A stretch of 64,000 nucleotides of DNA. Origin: a virus. Below the pieces are notes generated by a model. It worked only from the letters and a program-made list of their open reading frames with translations. It was not told where the DNA came from and did no database searches. The stretch lies in IMG/VR virus record IMGVR_UViG_3300010384_000005. One strand, written 5' to 3'. A program made the translations under genes and the position numbers. Position 1 is the stretch's first letter. Every line of letters starts with the position of its first letter. Positions 16,533 to 26,545 of this stretch are shown here, one piece after another.

Positions 16533-17994
16533 AGAGGCTGAGCGGGACAGAATATCCCAAGACGCAGAGCGCATTCGGGAAAAGTGCCAAACGCTTGCCG
16601 GATTTGTTCGCGAAGCATGGCCCATCCTTCATCCTGCTACACCTTATGTGCATGGTTGGCATATTGACGCCATTTGTGAACACCTGGAGGCGGTGACAGA
16701 CGGGAGGATTACACGCCTCCTTATCAACGTCCCGCCTGGCACAATGAAGTCCTTGCTGGTTTCGGTATTTTGGCCGAGCTGGGAATGGACGTTTAGGCCA
16801 GAGACGCAATATCTGACGACCTCGTATTCTGAGGGGTATGTCAAGCGTGACAGCCGTCGTATGCGCGACTTGGTGTCAAGCGAATGGTTTCAAGCCGTTT
16901 GGCCCCTTTCGCTGCCTCGTACAGCCGAGATCAGCTTCGAGAATAATCGAAGGGGATCTCGTGAAGGAAAGCCGTTCTCGTCACTTACGGGTGGCCGCGG
17001 CGATCGGGTGATTATTGACGACCCCCATTCGGTTGATGGGGCTGAAAGTGAGGCGGAACGCCTTTCGACTGTTCGGACGTTTCGCGAGTCCGTCCCGACA
17101 CGATTAAATGACCCCGAGCGATCGGCAATCATCGTCATTATGCAGCGATTGCATGAAGAGGATATCTCTGGGCAAATCGTGAAGCTTGGCCTTGGGTATG
17201 AGCATTTGATGCTCCCCATGGAGTTTGAGCCGGAACGGAAGTGCTATACCTCAATTGGGTTTGAGGACCCGAGAACGGAAGATGGGGAATTGCTCTTCCC
17301 TGAGCGCTTCCCTCGTGAGGTGGTTGAGCGCGACAAGGTGCCCATGGGCTCCTATGCCGTGGCAGGTCAATTCCAGCAGAGGCCATCCCCTCGATCTGGG
17401 GGTATGTTCCAGCGCAAAGACTTTGAGATTGTGGATGCTGTTCCCTCTGGCGGTAAGCGCTGCAGGGCTTGGGATTTTGCAGCCTCAACCGCGAAGCCGG
17501 GTAAGCAGCCTGATTGGACCGTTGGTCTAAGGATGCTGCATGTCAACGGTGTCTTCTATGTCGAAGATGTGTGCCGGGATCGGTGGTCGCCATCTGACGT
17601 AGAGAAAACGCTGAAGAATACGGCGTCCCAGGACGGCATACCTGTTGTGATCCGGATGCCGCAAGACCCTGGCGCTGCCGGTAAGTCCGATGCCAATACC
17701 AAGATCAAATTGCTGGCTGGCTATTCAGTCAAGGTAGAGCCGATAAGTGGTGACAAAGCCACGCGCGCTCGCCCTGCATCTGCTCAAGCTGAGGCGGGAA
17801 ATGTCAAGCTTGTCCGCGGTGCTTGGAATGATGCCTTCCTTGATGAGGTATGCACATTCCCGAATGGTCAGTTCGATGACCAAGTGGACGCCTTTGCTGA
17901 TGCGTTGAACGAGCTTGCTCTTGGTCGCGCCCCGATGAGAATTTCCGCAGAGGCCGTCAACGCCTCCCAAATGAGACCGATGGGCCATAGATGA
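16429..17994 (+). CDS. terL: Terminase large subunit
   Basis: RLLINVPPGTMKS Walker A, IIDDP Walker B, MQRLHEEDISG, RAWDFA...PDWTVG and DDQVDA nuclease motifs. Exact start uncertain. Confidence 0.95.
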   Translation: MKMTSIASNLSSVDLPVSPATMVRLIRLEKARRAKEAERDRISQDAERIREKCQTLAGFVREAWPILHPATPYVHGWHIDAICEHLEAVTDGRITRLLINVPPGTMKSLLVSVFWPSWEWTFRPETQYLTTSYSEGYVKRDSRRMRDLVSSEWFQAVWPLSLPRTAEISFENNRRGSREGKPFSSLTGGRGDRVIIDDPHSVDGAESEAERLSTVRTFRESVPTRLNDPERSAIIVIMQRLHEEDISGQIVKLGLGYEHLMLPMEFEPERKCYTSIGFEDPRTEDGELLFPERFPREVVERDKVPMGSYAVAGQFQQRPSPRSGGMFQRKDFEIVDAVPSGGKRCRAWDFAASTAKPGKQPDWTVGLRMLHVNGVFYVEDVCRDRWSPSDVEKTLKNTASQDGIPVVIRMPQDPGAAGKSDANTKIKLLAGYSVKVEPISGDKATRARPASAQAEAGNVKLVRGAWNDAFLDEVCTFPNGQFDDQVDAFADALNELALGRAPMRISAEAVNASQMRPMGHR

Positions 17995-19625
17995 CAGATC
18001 AAAAGACTGGCCTATGGGCTCGGTGGTTTCGAAAGGCTGAGACAGAGCCAGAGAAGCCCGTGGAGGCGAAAGCCGAACCGCAGGCTATGCGCATATCGGA
18101 ATTGGCTGTAGGTCGCTCCATGAACAACGGAGAGCCAAAGGCAACGCCATTTAAACCCGCTCCCATCCCTGAGTTCCTTTTGCCAGGGATGAAGGAACAG
18201 GGCTTTGTCGAACTGGCGATGGATAGCACCATCTCATCCGCCGCGACGTGGGCCGGTTCCTATTGGGGTCCAAACGGATACGCCTTTACGGAAGGCCTGG
18301 AGTTTCTCGGCTATCCATATCTAGCCGAGCTTGCCCAGCGCCCCGAGTATCGGCGCATTGTCGAAATCATCGCCCAGGAGATGACCCGGAAGTGGATTCG
18401 GGTCACATCAGCGGATGACGGCGACGAGGATAAGGAAAACGATAAAGCCAGATCCGACAAGATCGCCAAGATCATTGAGGAAATGGAGCGGCTGAACGTC
18501 CGCGAGAATTTCAAGATTATCGCGGAACAAGACGGCTTCTTTGGTCGGGCCCACCTCTATCTCGATACCGGCGCTTCGGATGACACGGTTGAGCTGAAGT
18601 TACCGATCGGTGATGGCCACGACAAGTTGAGCAAAAGCAAAGTCAGCAAGGACAAACCGCTCCTTGCCCTTCGCCCCGTCGAAGCCGTCTGGACCTACCC
18701 GACGAACTATAATTCGAACGATCCCCTCAAGGGTGATTGGTATAACCCGGATATGTGGTTCGTGATGGGCAAGCAGGTGCATGTCTCGCGCCTTCTGCCG
18801 TTTATCGGACGGCCGGTCCCTGACCTGCTGAAGCCGGCCTATTCGTTCGGCGGCCTTGCCATGACCCAGATGGCAAAGCCCTACGTGGATAACTGGCTAC
18901 AGACCCGCCAGAGCGTGAACGACATCATTTCGGCGTTCAACGTCTTCGTGCTCAAGACCAACATGTCTTCCGTCCTTCAGGGCGGCGGCATGGAAGCGGA
19001 AATGGCCCGCGCTGCGCTGTTCAACAACATGCGCAACAACCGCGGCCTCTTCATGGTTGACATGAAGGAAGAAGACTTCGCCAACGTATCGGCGCCACTG
19101 TCGAGTCTGGATTTGCTTCAGGCACAGTCCCAGGAGCATATGGCGGCTGTCGCTGGTATCCCGCTCGTGAAGCTGCTAGGGATTACGCCATCGGGCTTGA
19201 ATGCCTCGTCAGAGGGCGAAATCAGGGTGTTTTACGACACCATAGCCGCCTATCAGGAAGCGTTCTTCCGCGACAACCTGAACAAGGTTCTGGGCTTCAT
19301 TCAGTTGTCTCTCTTCGGTGAAGTAGATGACAGCATCGTATTTCAGTTTGAGCCGCTGTTCTCGCTGACCGAAAAGGAATTGGCTGAAGCCCGCAAGGCA
19401 CAAGCCGAAACCGATCAGATCTATATCGATGCTGGTGTGGTGTCCTCGGCTGAGGTTCGCCAGCGACTTGCCAGTGATCCGGATAGCTCGTATGACGGTC
19501 TTGATCCTGACGAAATGCCCGACCTTCTCGAAGAAGAGGAAGGTGGCCTAGTGCCCAAGGGCGGTGGAAGTGCTGTCGGGTCAATGTTCAAGGCCGAAGA
19601 AACCACTGGCAAGGAAGCTGCGTGA
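17991..19625 (+). CDS. Portal protein (DUF1073 type)
   Basis: Follows terL. LAQRPEYRRIVEIIAQEMTRKW and AGIPLVKLLGITPSGLNASSEGEIRVFYD motifs. Confidence 0.9.
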   Translation: MTDQKTGLWARWFRKAETEPEKPVEAKAEPQAMRISELAVGRSMNNGEPKATPFKPAPIPEFLLPGMKEQGFVELAMDSTISSAATWAGSYWGPNGYAFTEGLEFLGYPYLAELAQRPEYRRIVEIIAQEMTRKWIRVTSADDGDEDKENDKARSDKIAKIIEEMERLNVRENFKIIAEQDGFFGRAHLYLDTGASDDTVELKLPIGDGHDKLSKSKVSKDKPLLALRPVEAVWTYPTNYNSNDPLKGDWYNPDMWFVMGKQVHVSRLLPFIGRPVPDLLKPAYSFGGLAMTQMAKPYVDNWLQTRQSVNDIISAFNVFVLKTNMSSVLQGGGMEAEMARAALFNNMRNNRGLFMVDMKEEDFANVSAPLSSLDLLQAQSQEHMAAVAGIPLVKLLGITPSGLNASSEGEIRVFYDTIAAYQEAFFRDNLNKVLGFIQLSLFGEVDDSIVFQFEPLFSLTEKELAEARKAQAETDQIYIDAGVVSSAEVRQRLASDPDSSYDGLDPDEMPDLLEEEEGGLVPKGGGSAVGSMFKAEETTGKEAA

Positions 19626-19643
19626 TCAAGTTAGACCTTTGGG

Positions 19644-20534
19644 ATGTCATCAATACACGCGTTCCCCCGGAGTTGGACATTCCAGAGAGCCTTGAACAAC
19701 CGGAGAAGACCGTTGACGACAAAGCTGAGGCGAGCAACGCCGAAGACAGCGGAAACGGTACTTCGGCCGATCCATCCCAACATCGGGATTGAACTCGAAT
19801 ATCGCCGTCAGCTTCTGAAAATGATCGACGCGATGGCGAAGTCAGTAGAGTACTGGCTGACCGCCACGTATCGCCAGAATGAGCCTAGGATAGCCCAAGA
19901 CGAATCCCCAGCCGATGCGCTGCGGCGATCGATGAAAGAGCTATCCAAGCGGTGGCTGGATAAGTTCGATGAAATGTCCGTCAAGCTCGCTGAGTACTTT
20001 ACGCAATCGGTGGAGAAGCGCTCTACGGCGGGAATGAAGAAAATCCTGAAGGATGGCGGGTGGTCTGTCAGCTTTCAGATAACACCCGGAATGAAAGACA
20101 TCATGGATGCGACGGTCCATGCCAATGTGGCCTTGATCAAGAGCATCCCTCAAAAATTCCTCTCTGACGTGGAGGGATCAGTCATGCGTTCGGTGCAGGC
20201 CGGACGCGATCTAGGGACGCTGACGGAGGAGCTACAGAAGCACTATGGGGTTACGCGGCGTCGGGCGGCATTTATCGCCAGAGATCAAAATAACAAGGCC
20301 ACAGCAGCATTCAAGCGAGCCCGCGAACTGGAACTTGGCCTGGATGAGGCTGAGTGGAATCATAGCCACGGATCTCGGGAACCGAGACCAACTCATGTAG
20401 AAGCCGGACGGAAGAAAACACGCTACAAGATTTCGCAGGGCTGGTATGACCCTGCTGTAGGCCGGTATATCCAGCCTGCAGAAGAGCCGGGATGTAAATG
20501 CTTCGGTCGCGCAGTGATCAAGGGATTTTCTTGA
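19644..20534 (+). CDS. Head morphogenesis protein (MuF/SPP1 gp7 family)
   Basis: RRAAFIARDQNNKA...W.HS....PR.TH...P....GC.C signature. Confidence 0.85.
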   Translation: MSSIHAFPRSWTFQRALNNRRRPLTTKLRRATPKTAETVLRPIHPNIGIELEYRRQLLKMIDAMAKSVEYWLTATYRQNEPRIAQDESPADALRRSMKELSKRWLDKFDEMSVKLAEYFTQSVEKRSTAGMKKILKDGGWSVSFQITPGMKDIMDATVHANVALIKSIPQKFLSDVEGSVMRSVQAGRDLGTLTEELQKHYGVTRRRAAFIARDQNNKATAAFKRARELELGLDEAEWNHSHGSREPRPTHVEAGRKKTRYKISQGWYDPAVGRYIQPAEEPGCKCFGRAVIKGFS

Positions 20535-20740
20535 TGCACGAACTCACGCAGGCTTACCTTTTGGCTGAGAAAGTGCTGGATCGACCGAACGCTGATCCCG
20601 ATGATGATATAGCGGTTCTTGCTCGGCAATTGGTCAGAACCATGGAAAAGCTTGGCATCTGTGTTACTCGTGGCGCGACCGATGAAGAACGCGCTGCATG
20701 GCGCACGCAGGTATTAAACACTTACGAAGCCGGCGTTTAA
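20534..20740 (+). CDS. Small hypothetical protein
   Basis: TGATG coupling, 68 aa. Confidence 0.55.
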   Translation: MHELTQAYLLAEKVLDRPNADPDDDIAVLARQLVRTMEKLGICVTRGATDEERAAWRTQVLNTYEAGV

Positions 20741-20765
20741 AGTTAATCGACGACAATTTGAGGGA

Positions 20766-22595
20766 ATGCCAATGCCGCCAGTCAGTGAGCGACAGCGTAA
20801 AGCTATGTTCGCGGCCGCGGCAGGCCATAGCAATCTCGGCATACCCAAGAAGATAGGCGAAGAGTTCGTGGGCAAAGACGCCGTGGAAGCTCCACCGCTT
20901 GCCGCTGGTGTGATCTTCATCGCTCCGGATGGTGCTGTTCTCCTGCTCTGCCGAAGCGCACAGGAAGCCAACTACGGTGGCCATTGGGCTCTTCCTGGCG
21001 GGAAGGGCGAAGACGGCGAAACGCCTTGGCAGATCGCATGCCGCGAAGCTGAAGAAGAAATTGGGGCCGCAAACAAGCACGCATGGATTGGTGAGCCGAC
21101 CATAGCCGATGAGGTCACGACTCCCACCGGTATGGTGTTCACGACCTTCGTGCAGCCGGTTCGCTATCGCTTTGTCCCTGAAATCGATGCTGAGCACTGC
21201 GGATATGTATGGGCCACGGCTGATTGCCTCCCGAGCCCGATGCACCCGCAAGTAGCTCGTGTCCTTGGTATGCTCTTTCCTGAAGGTTCGGAAGAAATGG
21301 AAGCCAGAGATTCACGACCGATCTTTGCCGAAGATGGCGCTGCGGTAGGGATCGCTGAGGGCATAGCGTTTGACCGCGCCTCTGTTCGTTCCAAGGATGC
21401 GGACGGCCATATGCGGGTGGAGATCACACCGATCTCAAAGGCGAATGTATGCCCGTATTATGGCCGTGAGATTCCGAACTGGATGTCTCTCGGGCTTGAT
21501 CCAGAGCGGGTCTACAACCTCTACCGTGACCCGGAAGAGCTTGCAAAGGGCGCTGAGACATTCGCCGGTAAGCCGGTGATGATCATTCACAAGGCAACGA
21601 AGGCCGACAATCATCCGCGCGAAGTAGTGGTGGGTGCGGTAGGGGATGGGGTTGTATTCGATCCGCCTTATCTCAAGGCCCCTCTGATCATTTGGGACGG
21701 CGAAGCGATCGGTCTCATTGAGAGCGGCGAACAGCGTGAACTTTCGAGTTCATACCGATATGTCCCCGTGATGACGCCGGGCGTCGGCCCGGACGGCCAA
21801 CGATATGACGGCCGAATGACCGAAATCGTTGGCAATCACGTCGCTCTCGTTTCCGCCGGCCGCGCCGGATCGGATGTTTTTGTCCAGGACAACCTACCCG
21901 CCGGTTTGGCGGCAACCACTCCCAACAGCGGAATCCCGGCTGGCGGGGCTAAGCGGGCCCCGGCCCATGATGAAAAGGAGACAGAGATGTCGAAAGCTAA
22001 GGATAGTCGGGCCCGAGACGAAGGCCTGATGGAGCGTATCAAGGAAAAGGTCTCGGCCGAAGACTATAAGGCCCTTGACGAACTGATGGCTGGCAAAGCC
22101 AACGACGAAGACAAGGAAGAAGAAAAGAAGGCCGCCGACGAAGAGTCCAAGGCTGAGGAAAGGGCTGAAAAGTCCGAAGACAAAGCCAAGGATAAGGCTG
22201 CAAAGGACGAGGAAGAGGACGACAAGGAAAAGGCAGAGGACGAAGAGGAAGGCGTTTCCAAGGAAGCCATGGACTCCGCCATCAAGGCTGCTGTCATTGG
22301 GGAACGCAAGGCGCAGGCCGCTATCCGTGACGCCGAACGCTTCATCCGTCCGTGGGTCGGTGATCTCGCCGTGGCCTTTGATTCTGCCGATGATTACTAC
22401 AAGGCTGCTATCGAAGCTAATGGTCGCTCTGTCAAGGATGTCCATCCTTCCGCATATCGCGCCATCCTCGAAATGATCCCTAAGCCCGGCCAACAGCGCA
22501 CCCCGACGCCGCGCCTGGCAATGGACAGCGCCAAGTCCAACGGTTTCGCTGAACGGTTCCCGGAAGCGGCCCGCATCGGCGTCAGCCTCCGCTAA
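20766..22595 (+). CDS. Nudix hydrolase-DUF2213 head maturation protease/scaffold fusion
   Basis: Perfect Nudix box GKGEDGE-TPWQIAC-REAEEEIG. DUF2213 motifs ISKANVCPYYGREIP, ELSSSYRY, NHVALV..GRAG. D/E/K-rich scaffold tail. Confidence 0.85.
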   Translation: MPMPPVSERQRKAMFAAAAGHSNLGIPKKIGEEFVGKDAVEAPPLAAGVIFIAPDGAVLLLCRSAQEANYGGHWALPGGKGEDGETPWQIACREAEEEIGAANKHAWIGEPTIADEVTTPTGMVFTTFVQPVRYRFVPEIDAEHCGYVWATADCLPSPMHPQVARVLGMLFPEGSEEMEARDSRPIFAEDGAAVGIAEGIAFDRASVRSKDADGHMRVEITPISKANVCPYYGREIPNWMSLGLDPERVYNLYRDPEELAKGAETFAGKPVMIIHKATKADNHPREVVVGAVGDGVVFDPPYLKAPLIIWDGEAIGLIESGEQRELSSSYRYVPVMTPGVGPDGQRYDGRMTEIVGNHVALVSAGRAGSDVFVQDNLPAGLAATTPNSGIPAGGAKRAPAHDEKETEMSKAKDSRARDEGLMERIKEKVSAEDYKALDELMAGKANDEDKEEEKKAADEESKAEERAEKSEDKAKDKAAKDEEEDDKEKAEDEEEGVSKEAMDSAIKAAVIGERKAQAAIRDAERFIRPWVGDLAVAFDSADDYYKAAIEANGRSVKDVHPSAYRAILEMIPKPGQQRTPTPRLAMDSAKSNGFAERFPEAARIGVSLR

Positions 22596-22622
22596 TCCAC
22601 CCAACAGTGAAAGGAACACGAC

Positions 22623-23582
22623 ATGTCTAACGGCATTCAGTCGTCCGTGACTACCCAGCCCGCCGTTGGCGTGGTTGGTGACTTCGCTACCGCAAATCCG
22701 CGGTTTTCTCAACTTGCCGGTCCTAGTGCTATCGTTGCTGGCCCGAGCGGTCTCGTCATTGGCCGTTTCGCATGGCTGAGCTATAGCCAGATCGATGGCG
22801 ACAATGCACCGGCTGCAGCCAACAACTTCGGTACCGGCCCCGTGGCTGGTTTCGTCGGCCGCGCCCAACAGGGTCTCATCACGACCTATCTGACGGCATA
22901 TGGCATGACCATTCCGGCAGGCTTCCAGGCAACGCTCTTCTCGGGCGGTGATTTCTGGGCCCTCAACAGCGGTGCATCTGCTGCTCAGGTTGGTATGAAG
23001 GCCTATGCGAACTTCGCAGATGGTTCTGTGACCTTTGCTGCCGCCGGCTCCCCGACGACCGGTCAGGCAACCACTTCGGCAATCGCTGCCGGCACGGCTG
23101 CCACGGGTACGGGCACCATCGTTGGCAACGTCCTGACGATCGCCAGCGTCTCGAATACCATCTTCGTGGGCGCACTGGTCACGGGAACGAATGTTGCCAC
23201 CGGCACCACGATCGTCTCCCAGCTCTCTGGCACGGCCGGCGGTGCTGGCACCTATGCGGTGGATATCCCGAATCAGAGCGTTGCCAGCACGTCGCTGACC
23301 CTGACGCCGTATGTTCTCGATACGACCGGTGGCACCGTCACCGGCACGATTGCGGTCAACGGCATCATCACCTCTGCAGGTACCCCTTCGGGTGGTGTAG
23401 TCGTCGGTAAGTCTGTCGCATCGGCCTATGCTGCCGGCAAGTGGGTTATCGCCTCCAAGGGCGCCACTTCCGCATCTGGCACAGTCGTCATCGCAAGCAA
23501 TGTCGAAACGTCCTGGCACGCCGCTTCCTTCGGCGCCAACGGCGAGATCGTCAAGATCAGCAACGTGCCGGGCATCGGCTAA
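22623..23582 (+). CDS. Head decoration/cement protein
   Basis: Between scaffold and capsid genes. QP..GV.GDFA..NP N-terminus, G/T/S-rich insert. Confidence 0.78.
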   Translation: MSNGIQSSVTTQPAVGVVGDFATANPRFSQLAGPSAIVAGPSGLVIGRFAWLSYSQIDGDNAPAAANNFGTGPVAGFVGRAQQGLITTYLTAYGMTIPAGFQATLFSGGDFWALNSGASAAQVGMKAYANFADGSVTFAAAGSPTTGQATTSAIAAGTAATGTGTIVGNVLTIASVSNTIFVGALVTGTNVATGTTIVSQLSGTAGGAGTYAVDIPNQSVASTSLTLTPYVLDTTGGTVTGTIAVNGIITSAGTPSGGVVVGKSVASAYAAGKWVIASKGATSASGTVVIASNVETSWHAASFGANGEIVKISNVPGIG

Positions 23583-23611
23583 GCCTTTCGGCCCAGAACA
23601 GGAGAAACTCA

Positions 23612-24703
23612 ATGAATTACCAGGAAGCATCTACGCTCTGGGCCGAAGACAGCATTCGGTTCCAGCAACTCGGCGTCACCCTCCCGGATGTGAAGTCTTA
23701 CATCCCGGATGGTTTCGCCACCGACTTCGCATTCGCGATGGATTCTCAGCCCCAGCTTGCCGCTACGGCTCCGAACTCCGCGGTCCCCATGATCTTCACG
23801 ACCATGGTAGACCCGAAGGTCTTCAAGGCTCTGTTCGCCCCCAACAAGGCCACGCTGATCCTGAAGGAAGAACGCCGCGGTACGTGGGTCGATGACACCA
23901 TCATGCTCCCGATCACGGAAGCAGCCGGTGAAGTGTCTTCGTACGGTGACTACGCCAACAACGGCGCAGTGACCTCGAACACCAACTGGCCACAGCGTCA
24001 GGCCTATCTCTTCCAGGTCATCAAGCAGTACGGCGAACGTGAACTGGAACGTGCAGGCGCTGCCCGCATCAACTGGGTTTCCGAGCTTGACTACTCGGCC
24101 GCCGTGATGCTGAACAAGTTCTCAAACCTGACCTACTTCTTTGGTGTTCAGGGCCTGCAGAACTACGGCCTTCTCAACGATCCGAACCTGAATGCCTCGA
24201 TCACGCCGGCAACGAAGGCTTGGGGCGGCACCAGCTGGTATAGCGGCAACCAGGTTGCTGCAACAGCCAACGAAATCTATGCCGACGTTGTGAGCCTGTT
24301 TGCACAGCTCGTCACTCAGTCGGGTGGTCTGGTTGATCGTGAAACGCGTATGGTGCTGGCACTCAGCCCAGCATCTGAAGCTGCGTTCACCACGACCAAC
24401 AGCTTCAACGTCAACGTTTCGGATCTTCTGAAGAAGAACTTCCCGAACCTCCGCATTGTCTCGGCTGTCCAGTATGGCGCACTGTCTTCGACCAACCCGC
24501 AGGGCATCGCGGGCGGCAACTTCATGCAGCTCATCGCTGAAGAGGTTGAAGGCCAGGAAACCGGCTTCATGGCCTTCAACGAAAAGATGCGGGCTCACAA
24601 ACTGATCCCAGGTCTGTCCAACTACATGCAAAAAGTGTCGGCCGGCTCGTATGGAGCCGTGTTGCGCCAGACATTCACCATTGCTGGCATGCTCGGCATC
24701 TAA
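23612..24703 (+). CDS. Major capsid protein (DUF2184 family)
   Basis: AGGAG RBS. YGERELERAGAARINW, NLTYFFGVQGLQNYGLLNDPNL motifs. 363 aa. Confidence 0.9.
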   Translation: MNYQEASTLWAEDSIRFQQLGVTLPDVKSYIPDGFATDFAFAMDSQPQLAATAPNSAVPMIFTTMVDPKVFKALFAPNKATLILKEERRGTWVDDTIMLPITEAAGEVSSYGDYANNGAVTSNTNWPQRQAYLFQVIKQYGERELERAGAARINWVSELDYSAAVMLNKFSNLTYFFGVQGLQNYGLLNDPNLNASITPATKAWGGTSWYSGNQVAATANEIYADVVSLFAQLVTQSGGLVDRETRMVLALSPASEAAFTTTNSFNVNVSDLLKKNFPNLRIVSAVQYGALSSTNPQGIAGGNFMQLIAEEVEGQETGFMAFNEKMRAHKLIPGLSNYMQKVSAGSYGAVLRQTFTIAGMLGI

Positions 24704-24704
24704 C

Positions 24705-24841
24705 GAAGGTTAGATACTAAGGCGAGGCTTTCCCAATCAAAGTTAAGGCAGACTGACCGGGACGCTGGTCTTGACGGTCGTATGGCTCCGTTCCTCCCCG
24801 GATCGCTGAGCGACAGGTGACGTTTGCCCGAACTAACCCTC
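24705..24841 (+). other. Structured intergenic element after the capsid gene
   Basis: Closing stem 24705-24713/24833-24841, inner stems 24747-24753/24822-24828 and 24757-24761/24797-24801, plus several small hairpins. Confidence 0.4.
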
Positions 24842-24854
24842 AAAAGGATCTGAT

Positions 24855-25340
24855 ATGACCACGTCGTCAAACACTGTGATCGTTGCATGCAAACTTCCGG
24901 CCGGCATCTATATGCAGGGCTATGAGATGAAAGAGGTTCAGGAGCAGACGCCGCTTGGCTTCCGTCCTGTTCAGCAGGCCGTTCCGAAAGGCCCGCAGAT
25001 CAAGATCAACGGCAATGGCGCCCCTCAGGGTGCCGTCGCGAATGGTCTCGTCGATGGCGGTTATGCACTCACATACAATGTCCCGGCAGATACTGCCCGG
25101 GCATGGATGGAAGCAAACAAGCATTCCGACATGGTGAAGAACAAGCTCATCTTCATCGCTGACAAGGCGGAAAGCGCCGTGGCTCAGTCCAGGAATAACC
25201 ATGCCGTCAAGAGCGGGTTGGAGCGCCTGGACATTTCGACAAAGAGCGAGAATGGCAAGGAAGTGCCGGCCGATCCCCGTTGGCCCCGCTCCAACAATGC
25301 CAATGTCTCGGCCATCAAGTCCGATAGCCGCGCCGCCTAA
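24855..25340 (+). CDS. Head-associated hypothetical protein
   Basis: V.VACKLP.G...GG..LT..V...F...W motif. Conserved post-capsid position. Confidence 0.75.
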   Translation: MTTSSNTVIVACKLPAGIYMQGYEMKEVQEQTPLGFRPVQQAVPKGPQIKINGNGAPQGAVANGLVDGGYALTYNVPADTARAWMEANKHSDMVKNKLIFIADKAESAVAQSRNNHAVKSGLERLDISTKSENGKEVPADPRWPRSNNANVSAIKSDSRAA

Positions 25341-25357
25341 CAGATCGGAGCACGGCA

Positions 25358-25804
25358 ATGGGTGTCATCGTCCAGTTTGATCTAGCGGCATGGCGATTGC
25401 TGTTTCCAGAATTCAGCAACGTCACGGATGATCAGCTTAACGGCCCGATCTGGACGATGGCACAAGCCTATTGCCGTAATGATGGTGGTGGCCCAGTTTG
25501 TGATGTTCTCGTTCAGACTGAGTTGCTGAACCTCATGGAGGCGCATATTGCGCAGCTTCTCTATGGCTCGACAACTCAACCGGCAAGCGGGCTTGTAGGG
25601 CCTATCACATCGGCAACGGAAGGTAGCGTGTCTGTCGCAACGGGTTTGGTGTTGAATACTTCGAACCAGTTTTTTTTGCAGTCGAAATATGGCCAATTAT
25701 TTTGGCAGCTCGCGCTCCCTTATCGCCTAGCCCGCTACTATCCGAAAATCACCCAGCAGTTCCAGCCAGTCGCGGCTCCAGGTAGCCCCTACTGGAATGC
25801 GTGA
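25358..25804 (+). CDS. Head-tail connector (DUF4054)
   Basis: FDLAAWRLLFPEF...AHIAQL...SATEGSVSV...QSKYGQLFW. Confidence 0.85.
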   Translation: MGVIVQFDLAAWRLLFPEFSNVTDDQLNGPIWTMAQAYCRNDGGGPVCDVLVQTELLNLMEAHIAQLLYGSTTQPASGLVGPITSATEGSVSVATGLVLNTSNQFFLQSKYGQLFWQLALPYRLARYYPKITQQFQPVAAPGSPYWNA

Positions 25805-25815
25805 AGGAGAATGCC

Positions 25816-25989
25816 ATGGACAAGGAACTCCGCAAGGAAGTCCGCGATTGGAAAGCGGAAGTCGAAGATCGGTTGAAGGCGTTAGAAGCCGCATGGGCTT
25901 CACAGGGAGCCGCAAGCGATGCTCCGGTATCCGAGAGCGGCAAGGGCAAGAAATCCAACCCTGAGCCTTCTTCGGGCGAAAGCGCCTGA
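25816..25989 (+). CDS. Small hypothetical protein
   Basis: GAAGGAG RBS, TGATG coupling to the next gene. Confidence 0.5.
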   Translation: MDKELRKEVRDWKAEVEDRLKALEAAWASQGAASDAPVSESGKGKKSNPEPSSGESA

Positions 25990-26528
25990 TGGTAACGCTC
26001 AAGGGCGGCTCGGGCTTGGCAAAAGCCCTCAATGAGATCGCAAAGAATGTCTCGAAAGCCGCATCCGTAGACGTGGGATTCCTCGAAGGGTCTACTTATC
26101 CGGACGGGAAATCCGTCCCCGAGATCGCCGCCATTCAGGAATTTGGTGCTCCTAAGGCCGGAATACCACCGCGCCCCTTCTTTCGCACGATGATTGAGGC
26201 GAAAAGCCCCGAATGGGGTGAAGCCGTAGGCAATCTTCTCGTCGCCAACAAATACGATGCGGCAAAGACGCTGGGACAGACTGGTGCAGCTATCAAAGGG
26301 CAGCTCCAGGAGTCCATCATTGAGACTTACAACCCGCCACTCAGCCAGATCACCCTTATGCTGCGCAAAATGCGCGCCGAGGATCCGGATCTCATTGTAA
26401 CCGGTAAAACGGTAGGCGAGGCCGCAAGACGAGTGGCAGCGGGCGAAAGTACGGAAGGCGTATCAACAAAACCCTTGGTCGATAGCGGGCATCTCTTAGC
26501 CAGCGTCGATTTTGAAGTCAAAAACTAA
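25989..26528 (+). CDS. Neck/tail-completion protein
   Basis: VGFLEG..YPDG..VA.IA..QEFG....IPPRPFFR...KPLVDSGHL. Confidence 0.8.
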   Translation: MVTLKGGSGLAKALNEIAKNVSKAASVDVGFLEGSTYPDGKSVPEIAAIQEFGAPKAGIPPRPFFRTMIEAKSPEWGEAVGNLLVANKYDAAKTLGQTGAAIKGQLQESIIETYNPPLSQITLMLRKMRAEDPDLIVTGKTVGEAARRVAAGESTEGVSTKPLVDSGHLLASVDFEVKN

Positions 26529-26545
26529 CCGCCAAGGAGGCGAAC

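Noticed and set aside
17991-19625. Portal as an Acb1 (anti-CBASS) fusion, since DUF1073 proteins are sometimes labelled so
   Set aside because: The length is accounted for by the portal fold, and I see no separate 2H-phosphoesterase domain.
22045-22265. GAAGA/GACGA-rich quasi-repeats
   Set aside because: These simply encode the D/E/K-rich scaffold tail of the DUF2213 protein.
21894-23630. 578-aa minus-strand ORF (also 47542-48573, 3476-4300, 49204-49974 and similar)
   Set aside because: Antisense shadows of well-supported + strand genes, with no RBS or recognisable motifs.
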